This document shows positions 1-12,485 of a stretch of 64,000 nt of DNA, piece by piece; the stretch's first letter is position 1, and each line of letters starts with the position of its first letter. Source of the stretch: Lama glama (lineage: Eukaryota). The translations under genes were made by a program, and so were the position numbers. Location: assembly GCA_028534125.1 (NCBI GenBank), contig CM052817.1, forward strand, positions 15,316,001-15,380,000. The letters are read 5' to 3'. Below the pieces are notes generated by a model. That model ran no database searches. It had not been told where the DNA came from and saw only the letters and a program-made list of their open reading frames with translations.

Positions 1-494
1 GGGGGACCCAACTGGTTAGACTCAAGCTGCAGTAACTCTTTACACCAGGAAATGAGATATAAAATCCCGCAGAAGCAGGGTGGACACACACAGAAGCAGC
101 TGGGTAAGGAAAGGAAGTAAGGACTAGGGGTTACTGTGACAGAGACCGTTCCCAGGGTAAAGCAGTTAGCTAGCATTTACACCAACCTGGGTGAGAGCTA
201 CATGACTTCCATAGCAGAGGATCAGGTCATGCTTAAAAGAAAAGAAAACAAAACAAAACAAAACTCTGCTCGAACAGATGTAGGGGAAGAAAATAAGAGC
301 TGAAGGTAGAATTTCAGCTGGTGGTTTGAGCCATTTGGGGGAGTTACTCAGTTTTCCTGGGTAACTCCCATATTTATAAGAAAGTGTATGCATTATTAAA
401 CTTCTTTTTGTTTTTCTCTTGTTACTATATTTTATTAGAGGGTGTCAGCCAAGGACCTAGAAGGGAAGAGGGAAAATTATTTTCCTTCCCCTAT
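1..494 (+). mobile_element. ERV1-class LTR, 3' part (truncated by window start)
   Basis: ATTAAA poly(A)-like signal at ~395, followed by a U5-like end 'tttctcttgtta...agccaaggacctagaagggaagagggaaaattattttccttcccctat' resembling laurasiatherian ERV1 LTR ends (recalled). Confidence 0.6.
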
Positions 495-757
495 GGTAAC
501 AAACAAAAACAATATCCAGAATTTCACAGCTCCTTAGTGAAGTGCAATTAGAAATAAATGGCAAAGACATATTTGCCATATTTAGTTATATATTTCCACA
601 TATTTCAATTGAATATTGTTTTTAGTCTATGTATATCACTTTTAGGCAACCATTAATTCTTTCATCATGATAAAGTCCCAAGCTAACACATCTCTTAGAG
701 TCTTGTCATAAATAGCTATAAAAATCCAATGAACCCTAAGTTAAAATTAAAATCGGG

Positions 758-987
758 TCCTGTGCTATGCTTAATGGTTGCCACCAGGCATGTGTACATA
801 TTTACATTAAAACTAATTAAAATTAAATAAATTAAAAATTAAGCTCCTTAGTCATGCTCGCCACATTTCAAGGGGTCAATAGCCAAATGTGGTTAGTGGC
901 TACCACAGTTTGGGCAGATTCTGCATATTGGACATATGGAGATAGAACATTTCCATCACTGCACAAAGTTCTATTGGTCAGCACAGC
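758..987 (-). mobile_element. MER3 (hAT-Charlie non-autonomous DNA transposon)
   Basis: The reverse complement matches the recalled MER3 consensus: 'gatagaacatttccatcactgcacaaagttctattgg', 'gccacatttcaag...caatagccaaatgtggttagtggctac'. Confidence 0.85.
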
Positions 988-1091
988 TCCTGTTGCTTCT
1001 GACTAAAACGGAGAAAGCCACTAAGCAAAGTCCTTTGTATAATGTTGTCATTCTCACGATGATTGCCTTCTGATCCAGCTAAGGATCTGAT

Positions 1092-1203
1092 AAGCCAGGG
1101 ATGCTCCTGTTTGTTTAAGACTGTTGTCCTGGCTTAAATATTAATAGCGATCCTTTTACTCTCAAACATGTTCCAGTTTGGTCAATAAATTATGGCCACC
1201 CTA
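1092..1203 (+). mobile_element. MER94-like (hAT-Blackjack)
   Basis: 'ctgttgtcctggc...attaatagc...tactctcaaacatgttccagtttgg...aataaattatggccacccta' matches the MER94 3' half and terminal inverted repeat (TIR) '...GGTCACCCTA'. Confidence 0.75.
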
Positions 1204-1597
1204 GCTGCCTCATTGCACATTACTCATGATTTTCATGTCTTTCCTTTCAAGCTGTGTAATATGCAGCATGTTATTTTACCTTTCCAGGCATCTCCTTCTT
1301 CAGAACTAAAACAAGGATACTAGCAGCTTCCTCTTTAGTTCTGTCCTGCAATGCTCTCTCCTCTTACTTCCTGCAATGATTCATGTGTAAAAGAAATTAC
1401 TAAAAGACAGAACTTTTGCAGCCTAGAGCTTTGCAGTGTTTATTATATAATTTTGTTATGTTATATTATATATAAAATATTATATATTATTTAATATTAT
1501 ATACTTTAATTTTATATAATAGATACTTTGGAGTGTCTAGTGTATAATATGCACTCAAAAGCATATGATTCCTGATGTCAGTTTCAAGGGACATACT

Positions 1598-2200
1598 CTT
1601 TTTTTTAACTTTTTTTATTGATTTGTAATCATGTTACAATGTTGTGTCAAATTCCAGTGTAGAGTACAATTTTTCAGTTAAACATGAACATATATATATA
1701 TTCACTGTCACATTTTTTTTCTCTGTGAGCTACCATAAGATCTTGTGTATATTTCCCTGTGGTGTACAGTATAATCTTGTTTATCTATTTTACAGTTTTG
1801 AAATCACATCTATCCCTTCCCACCCTCCACCCCCTTGACAACCACAAGTTTGTATTCTATGTTTATGAGTCTGTTTCTGTTTTGTATCTATGCTTTGTTT
1901 GTTTGTTTTTTAGATTCCACATATGAGCGATCTCATATGGTATTTTTCTTTCTCTTTCTGGCTTACTTCACTTAGAATGACCTTCTCCAGGAGCATCCAT
2001 GTTGCTGCAAATGGTATTATGTTGTCAGTTTTTATGGCTGAGTAGTATTCCATTGTATAAATATACCACTTCTTCTTTATCCAGTCATCTGTTGATGGAC
2101 ATTTAGGCTGTTTCCATGTCTTGGCTATTGTAAATAGTGCTGCTATGAACATTGGGGTGCAGGTGTCTTTTTGAAGTAGGGTTCCTCCTGGATATATGCC
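1598..2200 (-). mobile_element. Young camelid-type L1 3' end (ORF2 C-terminus + 3'UTR + poly(A)), cut by the assembly gap
   Basis: The minus frame 1910-2200 reads GIYP..KDTCTPMFIAALFTIAKTWKQPKCPSTDDWIKKKWYIYTMEYYSAIK..FAATWMLLEKVILSEVSQ without stops, the canonical L1 ORF2 end and its continuation. A poly-T run lies at ~1598-1617. Confidence 0.95.
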
Positions 2201-2700
2201 NNNNNNNNNNNNNNNNNNNNNNNNNNNNNNNNNNNNNNNNNNNNNNNNNNNNNNNNNNNNNNNNNNNNNNNNNNNNNNNNNNNNNNNNNNNNNNNNNNNN
2301 NNNNNNNNNNNNNNNNNNNNNNNNNNNNNNNNNNNNNNNNNNNNNNNNNNNNNNNNNNNNNNNNNNNNNNNNNNNNNNNNNNNNNNNNNNNNNNNNNNNN
2401 NNNNNNNNNNNNNNNNNNNNNNNNNNNNNNNNNNNNNNNNNNNNNNNNNNNNNNNNNNNNNNNNNNNNNNNNNNNNNNNNNNNNNNNNNNNNNNNNNNNN
2501 NNNNNNNNNNNNNNNNNNNNNNNNNNNNNNNNNNNNNNNNNNNNNNNNNNNNNNNNNNNNNNNNNNNNNNNNNNNNNNNNNNNNNNNNNNNNNNNNNNNN
2601 NNNNNNNNNNNNNNNNNNNNNNNNNNNNNNNNNNNNNNNNNNNNNNNNNNNNNNNNNNNNNNNNNNNNNNNNNNNNNNNNNNNNNNNNNNNNNNNNNNNN
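2201..2700. other. Assembly gap (500 N)
   Basis: Run of N. Confidence 1.
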
Positions 2701-2734
2701 TAAGTAAAAGGAATCTCAAAGTGGAGTGGGTTTC

Positions 2735-2815
2735 AAATGTGTAAGGATTAGAAATAATACATATAACATACCTAGCGTACAGTAGTTCCTCAACAAAAGA
2801 TAGCTACATTATTGT
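2735..2815 (+). mobile_element. MIR SINE 3' fragment
   Basis: 'gtgtaaggattagaaataatac...cctagcgtacagtagttcctcaacaaaagatagcta' resembles the MIR 3' end. Confidence 0.55.
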
Positions 2816-3002
2816 CTCATTAATTGTCCTTGAGCTTATAGAAGCCAAGTGACATAAACATGTGTTTTCATTCTAAAAGAAGTGATTACAGAAGGCCACC
2901 TCATTGTCCTTTTGGTTAATCCAGAGGTTAAACCACAGAGTAAACTGCTCTGTCAAAGAGGTACTGCTCACTCCAATTAACTGGTAAGAAAATTAAGTGT
3001 GG

Positions 3003-3265
3003 GTCTGTTTTAGTACTTTTGGGGCTCCTATAGCAAATTAGCATAGAGAGTGTAACTTATAGGCAATAGGTACTTATTTCTCACAGTCTTGGAGGCTGGA
3101 AGTCCAAGATCAAGGTGCCAGTATGGTCAGGTACTGGTGAAGGCTCTGACCCAGCTTGCAGACTGCTGACTTCTCACTTTGTCTTCACATGGGGAGGGCA
3201 GGAAGAATTTCTGTGGGATCTCATTTATAAGAACACAAATTCCGCTCAGTGGCTTCCATTTATGT
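3003..3265 (-). mobile_element. MaLR LTR (MLT1A/B-like), partial
   Basis: 'tatttctcacagtcttggaggctggaagtccaagatcaaggtgccag...gcttgcagactgctgacttctc' is a hallmark MLT1 segment. Confidence 0.85.
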
Positions 3266-3429
3266 GCAGAATTAACACTCCAGATTGGTGTAGAGAGCTC
3301 TCCATACCCTGGCCATCATCCTAAAATAGTCATCACCCACTTTCTCTGCCATGTTCATCACTCTCTGTATTTCTTATCTTGTGTCTTTGATGTGCAAACT
3401 AGTTGATGTTCCCTTAGGCTTATGTTCCT

Positions 3430-3830
3430 CCTTGCGTAGTATATAGTTATCACTAAGATGTGGCGTCCCAGATGAGGTCTACATCTCCCATTCCATTTGC
3501 ATCAAGGTACTACTTAAGACTAGTTTTTTCCCCATGGAACATAAGCAGAAGTGATTGGTATCACTTCTTGGCTAAAGTTGTGAGAAGAAAATGTGCCTTC
3601 TCCAAATTCTGTCCTCCTCTGCTTGTTGGATGCAGAGTCCTCAAAGTCCTAAGGAATATTGAAGTCATCAGTTGGAAAGACCCTTTATTTTAGAAACATC
3701 AAGTTAAAAATAGTTAATTCCTGATCAGAAATAGCCACTGCAGATTGTAATGTGAATGAGAAATTAATTTCTGTTTTGTTAAGCTCCTGATTGTATATTT
3801 AGTTACAGTAGCTGGTATTACCTAAATACA
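3430..3830 (+). mobile_element. Old MaLR LTR (MLT1I/J-like)
   Basis: 'agcagaagtgat..tcacttc' and a 3' end 'tgtgaatgagaaattaatttctgttttgttaagc...gttacagtagc...ctaaataca'. Confidence 0.7.
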
Positions 3831-3869
3831 GTGTTCCATCTATCCAATCTATCTAGCACATTCTTTCCA

Positions 3870-4145
3870 CTACAGGTATCCATCGTTCAAAGATGAGTTT
3901 AAGTGCAGCTTCCTTTGCATCTCCTCCTGAATCCCTCAGTCACAGTTAATATCTTCCTCCATTACATTCCCCTGCTTGTCTTATGTTATAATTAATTCTG
4001 TCCGTGGAAGTATTCACCACTAAATTATGAGCTTCTATGGGTAGAAACTCTATCTTAATCACTCTGTACCCTCCAGAGTGTCAAACATAGTATCTCACAA
4101 ACAGTAGGTGCTCAATAAGTGTCTGTTACATTAAACCAAATGAAA
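3870..4145 (+). mobile_element. L2 3' end
   Basis: 'taaattatgagcttctatgggtagaaactctatctt...cagtaggtgctcaataagtgtctgtt..aatgaa' matches the L2 3' terminus. Confidence 0.75.
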
Positions 4146-5095
4146 TCGAATTCATGTATCTGAATGATTAATATGTTTCTTTTGTTCAAGATCTTAGGGC
4201 TGGTATAAAAAAAGAAATCTATTACTTCAGTCTGACTCTTTAACTTGGCAGATTAGAGTGAAATAAAAATGTGTCCTGGATAAAATGAAAATGCATTGTT
4301 TTACATAAGATATAGCAATTTTGAGAAATACATTGATTTAATGTACTTAGGCCAGTGAAAAATCTGTTGGTTTAAGCTAACTGCCATTAGTTTCAATTAA
4401 AATGTATTGATTTGGGTAAATGTTGGTTAGGATAAATGTTGCCTGACTGTGGAAAAAAAAAAAAAACATTTGCTTAAGCTTGCCTTGGAGCACTGTCAGA
4501 GAAAGGGAGGGAAGGTGGCAGAACGCAGAGGGGGAGCAGGAGAGAGTGGGCGTGTTAAGCAGTCAGGCAGAATCTCCTCCCCTTGCCCTGCTCTACAGGA
4601 AGAGGACAAATGAGGGTGGCCAGTGAATGGGTCACTGTTCTTCGACTTTATATTAACTACAATCCATATGTGAGTCAAGCAGCATTGAAACAAAAGTTTA
4701 CTTAAAATGTTTCCATGAAAGGCCCAATCAGGTCAATTACGTTAATTCCTTTAAGAAATGAAATCATTCAGGTAGCTGAGTTTATAATGACAAAACCACC
4801 AGGTTTAGTTGGGAGACAACATTTCTCATTTTTTGACAGATGGTTTTAATGTTTTCATTAGACTGAACACTATGACAAAGCCAATTTTTTTGTGGTCGTA
4901 AACAATTGAATTTTGGCAATTTCATACTGTTCAGTCTAGTAGATACTGCCCAAGGATCATTAGGGAAAGAAATAGACTGTACATTATTTTTATGGACGGT
5001 TTAAATGATTTTCTTCTGATCTTTGAAGACAGGGAATACACATGTACACAACAAGCACACAATACATGCACATATACTCACAGACATATGCACAC

Positions 5096-5130
5096 TCTAT
5101 CTATCTGTCTGTCTGTCTATCTATCTATCA
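5096..5130. repeat. (CTAT/CTGT)n microsatellite
   Basis: ctatctatctgtctgtctgtctatctatctatc. Confidence 0.85.
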
Positions 5131-5334
5131 TCTCTGAATTGCAAATCTTTCAAACCTACAAAAAAAATGTTATCATCTCAATTGATTGAAAATGTCAAAA
5201 TGTGAACGTTCATTAGGCCCAGAGTTTATCTCCCTGGTTACTAAACAGCAACATCTCTCTCTTCTGATCCCTGATGAGACTTAAGTTCTGCCATTTTAAG
5301 TTTTGACTACATACCCCTTATTAAAAATAATTGT

Positions 5335-5690
5335 ACAGTGGAGTAGAAATTAGGAGAATTGTCTTTCTATCATGGGTTCTGTTGCTAATTTCTGAGCAAC
5401 ATTTGACAAGCCCCTTAACTCTGAAGTTTTGGATCTAAAAATTAGAGATAACGAACATAGGTATTTTGTTGTATGATTATTTTAAAAATAAAATAAAGTA
5501 GTTAAGTATTATATAATAAATATGAAAAATCATCACTGAGGTCCCACAATGAGCAGGTAATATGCAGAGAGATTTCATAACACTTTATTTAATCCTAACG
5601 GTAGCCCTGTGATAGACATTATCTTCGCATTTAAAGAAATGAGACTCACCTGTCAGAAGTTAAGCAATTTGTCCAAATGTAAGATAGGCA
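5335..5690. mobile_element. Two degraded MIR fragments (+ then -)
   Basis: 'tttgacaagccccttaactctga' (+) and 'tttatttaatcctaac...gaaatgagactca...gaagttaagcaatttgtccaa' (-). Confidence 0.55.
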
Positions 5691-5994
5691 CTTAACAAAT
5701 ATTTTATGAATCAATTGATGAATTACTCCCTAGTCCTCTTCTTTGGCATCCCTCATATTTAATTATTTACATAAAGTAGAACCTTGCCAATATAATATAG
5801 TGTGTCTAGAGGGAGATCTATGCTAAATAGAAAAAGTCTGAATTATGAAATTTTGGATAAATACAAATTCACCTAAATTTCCTTCCAACTTCAGAGTTCT
5901 GCTTATTTGATCATAGTCATAGGGTATACATAGTACATAGTGATATCAAATTAAGTTTTTCTTATCATTGTAATTATTATCTAAGAATATTTGA

Positions 5995-7040
5995 CATTCA
6001 CTCATTCAGCCAATCAGCAGATGTTTAAGGAGCACTGTGCTAAGTAGTGAGAATTCAGTGAAGAACAAAACTAAGTAGTTTCTCTCTTCAGAGAGTTTCT
6101 TGAATCGTGAAAGAGATGAATATTACTCAAATTGTTACAAAAAGTTGTGAATTTGCCACTGTGGTAAGCATGACTCTACTGAGAGAGACTAGAAAAGGAA
6201 GGTTTACTTTAATAAGAGAGAGAGGGAAAACTCGAACTGAAATATGAGGAGTGATCAGAGGAAGGAAGTATGTCCAGGGCAGAAGGAAAAAGAGCTTTAT
6301 CAGGAGAGAAAGCTGGAGTGATGAGAATAAAGAAATTCCTGCTGCTGTGTTAGGTGGTCAACATTGACCGTGGCTGGTCTTTTTTCTTTCCTACAGAATT
6401 AATGAGGAGAAACAGAAGCAGTAGATAGTTGGAGATCAGAATGAGTAGAGGGTGGCACAAAAGGCTAGGAGTAACCTTCACCGGTGAAACAGATGCAGTA
6501 GGGGATAAATAATCCTCTCTCCTCCAAAACTGAAAAAGAATGTTTTCAGGTAGAGAATAAAGATGCAGATAGGGCTAGACTACAAAAGGTTGGTCTTGTA
6601 AGTGACTGTAAAGAAATCTACCTTTATCTTAGAAGTAATAAGAAATTAGTGAAGGATTTAAGAGTACAGGTTGTAGATGACATTTTGAAAAGCTGTTTCT
6701 AGTTGTTGCAAGAAAAAGGACTGGAAAAGGAGAATGGTTAGGAAGTTATTGTGGAAGTGTAGGCAAAGAGAGCAGTTGGAAGATGGTGGTGAAGGTGGCG
6801 GTGGTGATGGGGAGACACAGACAGACAGGAGAGCTGTTTTGTACATAAAATGGACAGAATTTGTTAAAGGGTTTGAAATGGGGAGTAATGGGAATATGGA
6901 AAATGACATGTCATGGAGAATGATGGATGGTGGTTTGATTTAATGAAATAGAAAAAACTAAAAGAGAACCAAGTTTGGGGAGGGAAGATTACAAGTTAGT
7001 GTTTGAGTCGACTGAATCCTAGATGCCTTTGAGGTTGGCC
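5995..7040 (-). mobile_element. L2 fragment(s)
   Basis: Starts 'cattcactcattcagcc...gagcactgtgctaag', the reverse of the L2 3' end. A purine-rich L2-like body runs 6580-7030. Confidence 0.7.
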
Positions 7041-8882
7041 AATCATTTGCCTCCATATTAACATTTCAAAATTAACTCATACACTTGATTTATCCCAGCC
7101 ATATTGTTTATGCTAACTAATTACATGGCAAACTTTCAAGTCTACCTGTCAAGTAATCATTATGAATTTTATAATAGTGGCCTATAAATCAATGTAGCCT
7201 TAGTGTGCTTATAACTCTCTAAACCACTGCTCTATTCAGATATTATTTTAGATTTTTGAGAGGTGACTTTTTGGATTTCTTATGTATGTGTTGTGTTTCT
7301 GTGATGTCATCAACATGCCTTCTGAGCAGCTCTTACGGAAACCCTCTTTGAAATAGCACAGTGGGATCTGATGGCTATCCTCCTTAAGTTGAAATAGAAG
7401 TGACTTTTTTACACTATCATGCATGGGAGGATTCATCAGCAACACCATGAATGTTTCACAAAGGCAGGGAATCATGTACAGCCAAGTTTTTCAAGAAGAG
7501 AAGCTTGGAATGATTTGAGTAGGAACACTGAGTTTAAAAGGAGCTGCAATTTCATCAAGCTTACCTTGCCTTCCAGTAAGGCCACAGGAAAAACACATCC
7601 CATTACAGAAGAACGTGCCCTGGATTTAAATAAGACTTGGAAGAAACCCCTTTACTTCTTTGCCTAGGTTTCCCCCCCAAATTACCCACTATTTGTCACC
7701 CCAAAAGTTTTTCTTTACTTCAGATCTAAGATCTACTTGCTGGTGGTGAATTCTTTTCTTCTCTTTCTCCTCTTTCTATTTTTTCTTCCTGAATGAGTGG
7801 TTATATTGAGGTAATATTCTAACTTCAAATATATCAACTGTTTAAGGCAAATATACAAAGCTAAAGAATACTGCATTTTAATTGAAATCTAAAGAACAAT
7901 TTACACTCACAGGAAATAGCTTAAAATATTTTCCTGCAATTTGTTTGGAATATACAAGTAGAAAGAAACATTAAAATTTCTAAAGTAGATCATGGAACTC
8001 AGACACAGATAACTCTCAATTATACCTGCTGATGGAGAAAAGTCTGGGTAGAGATACAAAATCGCCAACCAGTAATTTCAAATTAAAGTTTTATGAGGGC
8101 AGCACTGAACTGATTTTCACAACTGTTCTTTTCTTTAGCCTCTGCCCTTCTGCTTAAGGAGTGTCTAACAATCACAATGACATGGTTAATGTCAAGAAGA
8201 ATAAAAGAAGGAAAGTGAAAGAAGACAGTAGAAGACTGTAGAAGGTGTGCATCAATCAGATCTGTTTACAATATGCTTAAAAATACAATTTTGTATTAAG
8301 TACAATGTATATTACAATATTGTTCTTTATCAGAAAGAGATTGATGTAAGAAGAGGTCTTACTGGGCCTAGTAATTTCCTCCCGATGGATGTCTTGAAAC
8401 TTAAAACACACTTGGCTCTGCTGTAAAGATAATTCTACATTGGACTCATGTAACACTGCCTCTGAAAATCTTCCAGGGCTGGAAAATTTATGGTATGTCC
8501 ATTGCTCTTTTGGGATAAACACATTTCAGAAACCTTTCAGCTTTGCTTTTATTTTTCATTTTGTCAAAACAACAAGAACAACAACAAACAAAAATTGAAA
8601 GTGTGAGTACAAGATTACTCAGGATCCAATGAATCTGATTGTTATTTCAAGGGCTAAGATAAATTATCTGCAGTTATATGGAGACTATATGGCTGCATGG
8701 ACCAGGAGATTTAGGTTGTCTTAAAGACACACTTTATATTTTTAGTGAAAGCCACTGCCATGAAAATTTTAATAAAACAGTACTCTTTTATTCTAGTGAT
8801 ACTGATTAATGTGCATCATATATCACATTTGAGTCTCATCAAGATTTGAAACCCATGAAATCTAAGATTTCAAGCTTTAACA

Positions 8883-9420
8883 ACACAGAATCATGATATG
8901 CTAGAAACAGAGAAGACCTCCCTCCAATGCAGCAATTTTTTGTGAAACACCCTGAACAAAATGTAGCTGAAGCCTCTACTTGATACTCCCATTGATGGAG
9001 AACTTACTACTTAACCACACTAATACCCTCTCTGCAGTATTGCTGTATCTCAAACACCCACTTTATATGTATCCAGTTTTATCCTATCTGTTGGTCCTAT
9101 CCCATTGGGGCATCACAGGATGTCCTTATTTCCATGACCACATTTTCAAATATCTTAAGACAGCTAGTCTAGTTCTACTGATTGTTTCCTAGAAAAATAA
9201 ATACAGTTCCTTCCAGGATTTTATGGAAGACATGGTTCTCAGCTTTTTGGTCATTCAGATTTCCCTCATCGGGAAATACTTGATTTGGTCAATGTGCCTC
9301 ATGGTGGCCAAAATAATACCTTAGAGGTGGTTCTAATTACATGCAGTAATTTGAAGCCTCCCTTATTTTGTCATCTCCCTTATTTGAGATGCTAAAATAC
9401 TATTAATATAAAGCAAAATC
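8883..9420 (-). mobile_element. L3/CR1 LINE fragment
   Basis: 'acagaatcat..atgctag..agagaagacct', 'gcctctacttgatactcccattgatggagaacttactact' and 'ttcaaatatcttaagacagcta' are typical of the reversed L3 3' region. Confidence 0.7.
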
Positions 9421-9474
9421 ATCAGGTGGTTTTAAAATTAACCTTATTCAAAACAAGGTATCTTTTAGATTGCT

Positions 9475-10152
9475 CTTTTTTTTTATAGTTCTTTTTTTAA
9501 ACCATGTGAAATGTACAAACATTAAAATGCGTAAATACTAACTAAGCAATTTTACCAAGGTAATGCATCTGTTTAGTCAACACCCTCTCACAATGTAAAA
9601 TATTTCCATCTTTTCAGAATGTATTCTCATGTCTCCTTGAAAACAGTTCCCCGTGGCCCTAACACATGGACAACCCCTGTTCTCATATGTATTTTTCTTT
9701 ATCTTTGTTTTTCCTATTCTTGAACTTCAGATAAATTAAGTCTGTTGAATCTGATTTTTTCCGAATTAAGTCCACAATGTTGTTTATATCAGTAGTTTGT
9801 TCCTTTTGATTGCTCAGTAATATTCCATTGTATGATTATATCATAATTTGCCAATCTTTTGTCTAATTGATAGAATTTGGATTGTTTCTAGTTTTCCACT
9901 ATTGTGAATAAAGCTTCTATGAATTTTGGTGCACAAGTCATTGTGTAGACATGTACTTTCATTTCTCTTGGAAGTGGCAGTGCTGGGTAGTATGAGAAAT
10001 GTATATTTAACATATAAGAGATGGTCAAAATTGTCCCCAAAGCATCTTTACCATTTTGCATTCCTACCATTTATGTATGAGCATTCCAGTTGCTCCAAAT
10101 CCTCAGCAGTATTTGGTACTGTAAATCTTTTTATTTTAGCCATTCTTAGTTA
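9475..10152 (-). mobile_element. Old L1 (L1ME-like) 3' end
   Basis: 'aatattccattgtatg', 'ggattgtttctagtttt..ctattgtgaataaagcttctatgaa'; the minus ORF fragment ..TCAPKFIEALFTI is the L1 ORF2 end. Confidence 0.85.
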
Positions 10153-11057
10153 GTAGGATGACCATGCACACTGGTCTTGTCTGGGACAATCCAGGTTTAT
10201 GTTTGAAGTTCTTGTTTAATTCTTTTTCTTTCTCTCCCTCTCTCTCTCTTTGGTGAGAACATTTAAATTCTACTCTTTTAGCAAATGTCAATTACAAGAT
10301 GCAGTGTTATCAACAATAGGCACCATGTTATATATTATATTCTCAGGCTTTATTCATCATATAACTGAAAGTTTGTCTCCTTTCACCAGCCTATCCCTAT
10401 TCTTTCCTCAGTCCCCCAAGCTTTCCTTGGCAACCACTTTTCTACTTTTCTGTTCTCTGTTTCTGTAAATTTTACTTTTTTTTTATTTTTTAGATTCCAC
10501 ACATAAGTGAAACGATGCAGTATTTGTCTTTCTCTGTCTGGCTTATCTCACTTAGGGCATTATTACCCTACAGGTTCATACATGTTGCCACAAATGGCAG
10601 TGTTTCCTTCTTTTTTAAGATGAAATAATGTTACACAATATATATTTAGTTTTTCTTTTCCCATCCATTGATAGACACTCAGGTTGTTTCAATACCTTGG
10701 CTATTGTGAATTTGTGAATAATGAATGCCTCAGTGAACATAGGTTAGAGATAACTCTTTGAGATAATTATTTTGTTTGGGTATATATTCTGAAGTAGGAT
10801 TGATGGATCACATGATAGTTCTATTTTTACTTTCATGTGGAACCTCCATACTGTTTTCACAGTGGTTGCACCAGTATACATCTCCACCAACAGTGTCCAA
10901 GGGTTCCCTTTTCTCCACATTCTTGTCAACATTTGTTGTCTTTTGTCTCTTTGAAAATAGACATCCTAACAGCTGTGAGGCCAGTTTAATTCTTAATAGT
11001 GCTCCTTTTGCTCTTGAGAGTGTACCAGATTGGAAAATAAATTATATGGTCAATCTG
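10153..11057 (+). mobile_element. MER94 split into 10153-10224 and 10984-11057 by an L1 insertion
   Basis: 5' half 'taggatgaccatgcacactggtcttgtctgggacaatccaggtttat'; 3' half 'taattcttaatagtgctccttttgctcttgagagtgtaccagattggaaaataaattatatggtcaatct'. Confidence 0.75.
10225..10983 (-). mobile_element. 5'-truncated L1 (L1MA9-like) with 11-bp TSD
   Basis: 3'UTR 'tggtgagaacatttaaattctactctttt..' and ORF2 end. GTTTAATTCTT occurs at both 10214-10224 and 10984-10994. Confidence 0.9.
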
Positions 11058-11384
11058 GTTAGTCAGGGACCCTGATATAACCTGTACCCTAATGGAGGTG
11101 GTAAGAGGGTCATGGCTGCAGGTACCAGGAGGTATTTGCGGGCAAAAGAACAGGCCATATAATCCACATATGCTACTGAGAGGAATAGTTTCCAGAAGCT
11201 GTCTCCAATGAGAGTCACATGTTTTAGAAACAGCTGAGCAAACTGCTAACCAATTTATGCCATTAAGAGTCATCACTGTTAGAATTTTAACTGGAATCAA
11301 CAAATAGCACCAGATCGGAGATTCCTTAATAACTAAAGCTCTTTGTGAGTTGCCAGCATGGAAAAGTTTCCAGCACAGTAAAGC

Positions 11385-11960
11385 ATGTTACGCATGCATG
11401 AAAATTTTCCAAAAGCTTCGTGGCTTAAGATAACAATAATTATTATCTCACAGCTTCTGTAGGTCAAGAGTTTAGGCATGACTTAGCCACATTTTCTGCT
11501 TCAGGGTCTTACTAGGCAGCAATCAAAATGCCAAGAAGCTGTCTCCTCATCTGTAGGCTCAACTGGAGAAAAATCCACTTCCATGTTCATTTATGTTATT
11601 GGCAGAATTCACTTCCTTGCACTGAAGGGCTTGCACTTTGGTTTTATTGCTGGCTATTGGCTGGAGGTCACCAGCTCTAAGAGGCTATCCACAGTTCTCT
11701 GCCATCCAGTCCTCTCCATAGGCAGTTTACAACACGGCAGCTTGATTCTTGAAGGTCGGCAGGAGAGCAAAACCTGTTTGGCTAGCAAGATTAAGTGTTA
11801 TAGAACATAATACGGAAGCGACAGCTTAACATCTTTGCCTTATTTTTCTGGTTAGAAGCAAGTCATAGGTCCCACCTATGCTCAAGGGAGATTACACAAA
11901 GACGTGAATTTCAGGAGGTGGGACTCACAAGGTCACCTTAGGGTTAGTTCTCTTCCACCC
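11385..11960 (-). mobile_element. MaLR LTR (MLT1E/F-like)
   Basis: 'tattatctcacagcttctgtaggtcaagag', 'ttggcagaattcacttccttgca', 'ggttagaagcaagtcataggtcccacc..ctcaaggg'. Confidence 0.85.
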
Positions 11961-12304
11961 ATAACATTTTCTTAACAGGGCATTAGAAATTACTAAGTTT
12001 TCATTATCTACGCCTTTCTTAGGGAAAAGGAACACTTTTTTAGATGGAAAGCTAATTGGGGTAGGGGCTTGAGCTATCTATTACAAATTTAAGTTTAAGC
12101 AGTGGCTTAGTTTTTCAGGAAATTCTTTCTCTCTCTCTCTCTCTCTCTATCTATCTCACATTTTTCCATACTTAGTTTCATGTTTAATTCTTCCAAATGT
12201 CTTCTCTTAATATTTCTTCTACTAGGCCATGGTCAAACTGCATTAAGCTTTTCCTGACTATCTCAGTTCACAGGAATTTCTCTCTCCTCTTCAAGTCGAT
12301 ATAC

Positions 12305-12485
12305 ATAGATTTGAATTCTGACTCTGTCACTTTCTAGATTTTATGACCTCGGGAGGGTGTTTAACCTTCCTGAATATCAACCCTTTACTGGCAAAGTGGG
12401 AATAGTATTATTTGCTTCACCTGCTTCTTGAGAAATTGAAAGGTAATTATACACAAGTAGCCTGGCCCCTAGAACATTTATTGTT
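12305..12485 (+). mobile_element. MIR SINE
   Basis: 'gatttgaattctgactctgtcactttctag...tgacctcggg...ttaaccttcctga' matches the MIR core. Confidence 0.7.

Noticed and set aside
2152..2744. Long ORFs of 182-269 aa
   Set aside because: Artefacts of translating the N gap; only the L1 ORF2 part at 1910-2200 is real.
4495..4680. Promoter (purine-rich tract, GGGCGTG, TGAGTCA)
   Set aside because: No CpG island or downstream exon, and isolated short motifs are expected by chance.
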